A stretch of 64,000 nucleotides of DNA from an uncultured delta proteobacterium (lineage in GTDB: Bacteria; Myxococcota_A; Polyangia; Polyangiales; Polyangiaceae), in contig CAVQUB010000006.1 in NCBI GenBank assembly GCA_963716725.1, positions 64,001 to 128,000 of the forward strand, read 5' to 3'. Under the pieces are notes generated by a model, which was not told the DNA's origin, ran no database searches, and was given only the letters and a program-made list of their open reading frames with translations. Positions within the stretch are counted from its first letter, which is position 1. Each line of letters starts with the position of its first letter. Of the stretch, positions 57,798-64,000 are shown in pieces. A program made the position numbers and the translations under genes.

Positions 57798-58434
57798 ACT
57801 CGGCATCGACAAGAGCAAAGATGAGGGCGGCGACCTGATCCGGGGCCCCGAGACCCGACACGTGTCGCAGGCGGTCCGCAGGCACCAGAGTCTCGGCGCT
57901 GGCGTAGATCTGCGCCAATCGGCGCTGAAGCTCCTGTTTCTCGTACAGCTCTTCGCTCGCTCCCCGCGCGCCGCGCCGCTGCGCCGCCAGATCGGCGGGC
58001 ACGTCGACCACCACGGTGAGGTCCGGGCGCAGTGCACGAGAGTTGAGCTCGCGGATCCACGCGACGACGTCGTCGCTCGGCGCCGTCGCCGACTGGTAGG
58101 CCAGGCTCGAGAGATCGTAGCGATCGGACAGCACCCAACTGCCGCGCGCGAGCATGGGCTCGATCTCGGTCCTCACGTGGTCGACCCGATCGGCGGCGAA
58201 GAGCAGCGCCATGGCGTCCCAAGAAACCGGGCGCGGACCGCCGCTCGGCAGCTCGATCTCATGGCGCAGGTAACGGCGAATCAGTGCGCCCACCGGACCC
58301 GAGGTCGGCTCCGCCGTGCGATGAACCGCCAGGCCGCGGGTCTCGAGGGCCAGCGCCAACCGCTCGAGCTGAGTCGTCGTGCCCGCGCCGTCGATGCCCT
58401 CGAGCACGACGAAGCGCCCGCGAAGCACGCTCAC
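57775..58434 (-). CDS. tmk: Thymidylate kinase
   Basis: [30 protein letters not shown]. Confidence 0.93.
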   Translation of the reverse strand: MSVLRGRFVVLEGIDGAGTTTQLERLALALETRGLAVHRTAEPTSGPVGALIRRYLRHEIELPSGGPRPVSWDAMALLFAADRVDHVRTEIEPMLARGSWVLSDRYDLSSLAYQSATAPSDDVVAWIRELNSRALRPDLTVVVDVPADLAAQRRGARGASEELYEKQELQRRLAQIYASAETLVPADRLRHVSGLGAPDQVAALIFALVDAEFKTPSPP

Positions 58435-59312
58435 GTCGCGGCTCCGGGAGCGCCGTCTTCTCCGAACACCACGTTGTCGATCAGGCGCGCGCCCCCCACC
58501 CGAACCGCCAGCGCGAGCAGCGCACGGTCAGCGACGATCGCCTCGTCGGCGATGGGCGAGAGGGTCTCGCTGTCAGCGAGGGTCACGTAGTCCGGACGCA
58601 GGCCCAGCTCCGTGATCGCTGCTTGAACGGGCTGGCGCAGCGCGCCGGCGCTTCGCTCGCCGCCCTCGAAGCGCCGAACGGCACCCGCCAGGGAGCGCGA
58701 GAGCACCAGGGCGCGCTGGCGATCGTCCGGCGAGAGATAGACATTGCGCGAAGAGAGCGCGAGACCATCCGCCTCGCGCACCGTGGGGTGACCGACGACC
58801 TCCACCGGCATGAGCAAATCCCTCGCCATGCGCTGGATCACCTTGAGCTGCTGGTAGTCCTTGCGCCCGAACACCGCCGTGCAGGGCCCCGCGAGGGCAA
58901 ACAGCTTCGCGACGACGGTGGCCACGCCTTCGAAGTGCCCGGGACGCGACTCACCGCAGAGGTGGTCCGTCAGCGCGTCGACCCGAACGCGGGTCCTCTC
59001 GCCCTCCGGGTACATCTCGCCCACCTCGGGCAAGAACACCAGCCGCGCCCCGGCCGCCTCGCACTTCTCGAGATCGGCGTCGACGGGTCGCGGGTACTTG
59101 CCGAAGTCTTCATTGGGCCCGAACTGCGTCGGATTCACGAAGATGGTCACCGCCACGTCGTCGGCCCGGCGACGCGCGTCGTGCACCAGGGCGACGTGAC
59201 CGGCGTGCAGCGCGCCCATGGTCGGTACCAAACCAAGTCGCCGCCCGCGCGCCCGCGTTCGATCGCAGGAGGCGCGAAAGTCAGCGACGGTTCGACAGAG
59301 CTCGATCGGCAT
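58431..59312 (-). CDS. panC: Pantoate-beta-alanine ligase
   Basis: [45 protein letters not shown]. Confidence 0.96.
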   Translation of the reverse strand: MPIELCRTVADFRASCDRTRARGRRLGLVPTMGALHAGHVALVHDARRRADDVAVTIFVNPTQFGPNEDFGKYPRPVDADLEKCEAAGARLVFLPEVGEMYPEGERTRVRVDALTDHLCGESRPGHFEGVATVVAKLFALAGPCTAVFGRKDYQQLKVIQRMARDLLMPVEVVGHPTVREADGLALSSRNVYLSPDDRQRALVLSRSLAGAVRRFEGGERSAGALRQPVQAAITELGLRPDYVTLADSETLSPIADEAIVADRALLALAVRVGGARLIDNVVFGEDGAPGAAT

Positions 59313-59360
59313 GACGGTCAGCCATTCATGCACAGGTTCGGCGCGACGGCCATGACGGTC

Positions 59361-60257
59361 TCAGTCTTCGGTGGGCCCATATCCGGGCGGCTCGGACGCG
59401 ACGACTGGCTTGGCCCCCGTCGGCTCACCGGTGCTGTGCGTCTTGCCCATGCCAAAGCTGTGGGCCTCACCAGGAAAGGCACCGGACTGCACCTCGGCGA
59501 CGTAGCTCTTGGTGGCCGCGACGACCGCGTCACCGAGCTCCGCGTAGCGCTTCACGAACTTGGGCTGAACGTCTTTGTACATGCCCAAGAAATCGTAGCA
59601 GACCAAGACCTGACCATCGCAGTGCGGGCCCGCTCCGATGCCGATGGTGGGCACTCCCACGGCTTCGGTGATGCGCCGTGCGACCGGCGCTGGCAGTCCC
59701 TCGAGCACGATGCAGTAGGCACCTGCTTGCTCGAGCGCCTTGGCGTCCGCGAGCACCGACGCGGCGGCGTCTTCGCCCTTGCCTTGCACGCGGAACCCTC
59801 CCATGGCGTGGACCGACTGCGGCAAGAGGCCGACGTGCCCCATCACCGGAATGCCCGCTTGCACGATGCGGTGCACGTGCTCGGCGACGACCGCGCCGCC
59901 TTCGAGCTTCACGGACTCGAAGCCGCCGTTTTTGAGCATGGCCCCGGCGTTCTCCAGCGCCTTCTCGCTGGAGACCTGGAAGCTCATGAACGGCATGTCG
60001 CCCACCAGGTGCGCGCGGCGGGCCGCTCGCGCGACGGCCCGGCCGTGGTAGCAAATCTCGTCGACGGTCACGCTCAGCGTGTTGCCGTGCCCCTGAACCA
60101 CCATGCCCAGGGAGTCCCCAATCAGGAGAATGTCCGCGCCGCCCTCGTCGAGCAGGCGAGCGACGGTCGCGTCGTAGGCGGTCACCATCGCGATCTTGGG
60201 CCCCACCCCTTTTCGGGCGCGGAGACTCGGAACCGTGACCTTGTCGGCGGGTTTCAT
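59361..60257 (-). CDS. panB: 3-methyl-2-oxobutanoate hydroxymethyltransferase
   Basis: [38 protein letters not shown]; start ATG 60257. Confidence 0.96.
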   Translation of the reverse strand: MKPADKVTVPSLRARKGVGPKIAMVTAYDATVARLLDEGGADILLIGDSLGMVVQGHGNTLSVTVDEICYHGRAVARAARRAHLVGDMPFMSFQVSSEKALENAGAMLKNGGFESVKLEGGAVVAEHVHRIVQAGIPVMGHVGLLPQSVHAMGGFRVQGKGEDAAASVLADAKALEQAGAYCIVLEGLPAPVARRITEAVGVPTIGIGAGPHCDGQVLVCYDFLGMYKDVQPKFVKRYAELGDAVVAATKSYVAEVQSGAFPGEAHSFGMGKTHSTGEPTGAKPVVASEPPGYGPTED

Positions 60258-60383
60258 GGGGGCGCGGAGCCTATCACGGGGACTATCGGCCCGCGGGCCG
60301 GCAGCGCCTGGACGTAGGCCGGGAACACGATCCGCCCCCTCGCTCGTAGAAAGAAGCGAGCTGAAGCCCCACAATAGGACGAC

Positions 60384-62201
60384 ATGCCGCCCGCAGACAC
60401 CGAGCTTGGCCGATTTCACCGCCTGTTCCAGCGTTGGGCGCGACAGGTGCGCCTGCGACTGGCAGCCCAGTCGTTGCTCTCGGGGCTCGCCATCGGCCTG
60501 GCGCTCGGCGCCATCGTCGCGGCGGCGCTGTGGTGGCAGCGCCTCGGCAACCTGCGCCCGCTCGCGGCGGCGCTGGGGGCGGTCGGCGCGTTGATCGCGC
60601 TGTTCATCGCGACTCGACGCCGACTGAGCGACGCGGACGTCGCGCTCTACTTGGACGCCCGCCTCGAATCGAAAGAAGCCATCAGCACGGCCCTGGAGCT
60701 CGGGCACGGCGACGAGGCCGGCGCGGTGGTCCTCGGCGACGCGACGAGCGCGCTCGACCGGGGCGATCCCAAGCGGGCGCGGCCCCGGGTGCTCAGGACC
60801 CTGCACGCGCTCGCGCCGGTGGGAGCAGGTGCGCTGGTCTACTTGAGCTTGATCCCGTTGCCCGCGGCGCCCGCCGCGCCTCCACCCCCGCCGGGGTCGA
60901 CCCTGGTGCAGATCGCCGATCTTCGAGGGCTCGAGAAGATCGAGCAGCTCGAGAACCTCGACGCGAGGGACGCCGAGCAGCGCGAACGGCTGAAGCAGAT
61001 CGCAGAAGAAGCCAAGCGGCTCCGCGAATCGCTGGCCAAGGGCATGGAGAAGCGCGAAGCGCAGGCGAAGATCGCCAAGCTCAAGGACGAAGTCGCCGCC
61101 GAACGGCTCAAGCTCGGCGACCAGAAGAATCGTCCCGGGCTCGAGGCGGCGGTCGGCAAGCTCGCCGACAACAAGAACACCAAGGACGCAGCCAAAGCCC
61201 TGGGCGACGGCGACCTGGTCGAGTTCGACAAGAAGATGCAAGAGCTGGCCAACAAGGCCGAGAAGGCGGACCGGGACGCCGCGAAGCAGGCGCTCGAGGA
61301 GGCCAAGAAGGCCGCCCAGGAGAAGGGCTCGAAAGAGCTGGCCCAAGCCCTCGAGGAACAGCAGAAGCTGTTCGAGAAACGCGAAGCCAAGGCCGAAGCG
61401 CTGCGCGAGCTGGCCAACGGTCTGAAGGGCAAGCTGAGCGAAGAGGCGCTGAAGGATCTGGAAGAGTTCGGTCAGACCGGTGATCCGGCCGCGCAGCAGC
61501 GCTTGGCCGAGTCGTTGGAGAAGGCGCTGCAGGGCATGAGCGAAGAGGAGCGCAAGCGCCTGGCGGAGCGTCTGCAGAAACAAATGGAACAGCAGCCGGG
61601 CGCCAACCCGATGACCAAAGAGCAGATCGACGACATGGCCAAGCGCCTCGGCACTCCCGAGGGACAAAAGGCCCTCGAAGAGCAGCTCAAGGAGCTCGCA
61701 AAGCCGGACGCCAGCAAGGAGAGCGAACGCGAGAAAGGCCTCGGCGACGCGGAGCGCGGCGGCGCCGAAGCCGAGCGCGGCCTCGGCGGCATGACGCCGG
61801 TGCCCATGGACGGCGCCGGACAACCCGGCTCGGACGCCAAGGGCGGCAAGGGCGACAAGGGCGGCCCAGGCGACAAGGGCGGCAAGGGCGGCAAGGGCGA
61901 CAAGAGTGACGGGTCCGGCGGACCGGGCAGCAAGAAGGACTTCGGCACCGGAGACCACAAGGGCGCCACCGCAAAGCTCGACGGCAAGGGCCTGCGCTCG
62001 AAGGCAGGCGCCAAGTTGAACCCGGGCGTGCCGATGCAAGGCGGCACGCTGGGACGCGCTCCCTCGCGCCCCGGTGAGACGGCCAATCAGGCCGGAACCG
62101 GCGCGCTCGGTCAGGCGGGCCCGAGCGAGCTGGGAGGCGTCGAAGGCTCCGAGGTCCCCGAAGAATACCGCGAGCAAGTCGGCCGCTATTTCCAGCCGTG
62201 A
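60384..62201 (+). CDS. Membrane-anchored coiled-coil protein of a MoxR operon
   Basis: About three N-terminal TMs, long coiled coil, Gly-rich tail, [13 protein letters not shown] terminus. Confidence 0.8.
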   Translation: MPPADTELGRFHRLFQRWARQVRLRLAAQSLLSGLAIGLALGAIVAAALWWQRLGNLRPLAAALGAVGALIALFIATRRRLSDADVALYLDARLESKEAISTALELGHGDEAGAVVLGDATSALDRGDPKRARPRVLRTLHALAPVGAGALVYLSLIPLPAAPAAPPPPPGSTLVQIADLRGLEKIEQLENLDARDAEQRERLKQIAEEAKRLRESLAKGMEKREAQAKIAKLKDEVAAERLKLGDQKNRPGLEAAVGKLADNKNTKDAAKALGDGDLVEFDKKMQELANKAEKADRDAAKQALEEAKKAAQEKGSKELAQALEEQQKLFEKREAKAEALRELANGLKGKLSEEALKDLEEFGQTGDPAAQQRLAESLEKALQGMSEEERKRLAERLQKQMEQQPGANPMTKEQIDDMAKRLGTPEGQKALEEQLKELAKPDASKESEREKGLGDAERGGAEAERGLGGMTPVPMDGAGQPGSDAKGGKGDKGGPGDKGGKGGKGDKSDGSGGPGSKKDFGTGDHKGATAKLDGKGLRSKAGAKLNPGVPMQGGTLGRAPSRPGETANQAGTGALGQAGPSELGGVEGSEVPEEYREQVGRYFQP

Positions 62202-62252
62202 CGCGCTGATCGACGACGCGCCGGCTGATTTTGATTACGCTCCGGAGCGCCC

Positions 62253-63284
<1,032 letters not shown>

Positions 63285-63288
<4 letters not shown>

Positions 63289-64000
63289 AGCTTCGCCGGG
63301 CCTGTGTCCTCTTCACTCTGCCCTTGCTCGTCCTCCTGAGCGGGACCGCGCGCGCCGAAGAGCCCGAAGACCCAGCCGCGCCAGCGGTCAATGCGCGACC
63401 GTCGCCGCTTCTGCTCGATGCCGTGCCCTTGCTCGGAGCGGGGTCCCCCGCCGGCGACCGCTGGCTCAGCGTGGTCGTACGGCTCGTCAACACCACCGAG
63501 CAACAAATCGAAGGACACGTCGAGCTCACCAGCGAGATCGGCTGGAGCAGCGGCGATCGGAGGCTGCGCACGCGAGCGCCCTTCGCGGTGGCGGGCAAGG
63601 CCCGGGTGACGCTGCTCTTGCCGACGCACGGCTTCATGCACACGCCGCCGCAGCTCTCGGTACGGGCCTTCGGTGCCGACGGCAAAGAGCTGTCGAACGT
63701 CAACCTGCCGGATGCGCGGCCCTTGGAGCCGACGCTCTTCGACCTGACGCTGCCGAGTCGCATCGGGCCGGGGCTGCGCGGATTGCGCGTTGCAACGCAG
63801 CACACCGCGCCGTTTCGCGCGAGCTACAGCTACAGCGCCCCGTCCCTCGGCGTGGCGTCGCCGCAAGTGAACGCGGCCACCGGCGAGCCAGTGCTGCCCG
63901 ACCGACCGGCAGGGTACGCCCCCACCACCGTGGTGCTGGCCAAGAGCGATCAAATCACCGCGCTCCAGGGCGCCGAGCTCGACGCGCTCACCCACTGGGT
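63285..64000 (+). CDS. Secreted hypothetical protein, truncated by the window end
   Basis: ATGA overlap with moxR; signal peptide [24 protein letters not shown]; open to the edge. Confidence 0.7.

Noticed and set aside
60258..62177. 938-aa ORF suggesting a large PanB fusion
   Set aside because: The extension is antisense to the 60384-62201 gene; PanB starts at 60257.

Overview
This is a GC-rich bacterial chromosome segment that looks myxobacterial (Polyangiaceae-like), judged from Hanks kinases with TPR partners, many Gly/Cys-rich lipoproteins, an orphan SctU and sigma54 promoters; the taxonomy is inferred. The housekeeping backbone includes pyk, lysA, lpdA, gpmI, a 2-oxoacid dehydrogenase E1-alpha, ABC-F, dppBC-like permeases, tmk-panC-panB and moxR. 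Main accessory content: (i) a compact clade II nitrous oxide reductase cluster (fasciclin-nosZ-nosB-nosD-nosF-nosL-nosY) behind two sigma54-type promoters; (ii) three copies of a 179-bp hairpin-rich MITE with terminal inverted repeats and a TGA target duplication, two of them inserted exactly at stop codons; (iii) a 4.3-kb integrase-free island bounded by a 209-bp direct repeat of the dppC 3' end, carrying an attC-flanked higBA cassette with a nonsense-inactivated toxin; (iv) a HepT/MntA toxin-antitoxin pair; (v) a candidate non-canonical Psp module (pspA, a pseudo-cyclase/pseudo-STAND protein and a membrane trio); (vi) a TerB-like/eukaryote-type PPP phosphatase fusion; (vii) a decayed kinase-GST operon. 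Many first-in-operon genes have a TANNNT hexamer 5-8 nt before the start codon and no SD, suggesting leaderless mRNAs. Most frameshifts, including about 20 in nosZ, are extra bases at wobble positions and look like mixed-allele consensus artefacts rather than pseudogenisation. I saw no rRNA, tRNA or CRISPR array. All calls come from reading the sequence; no database searches were run.
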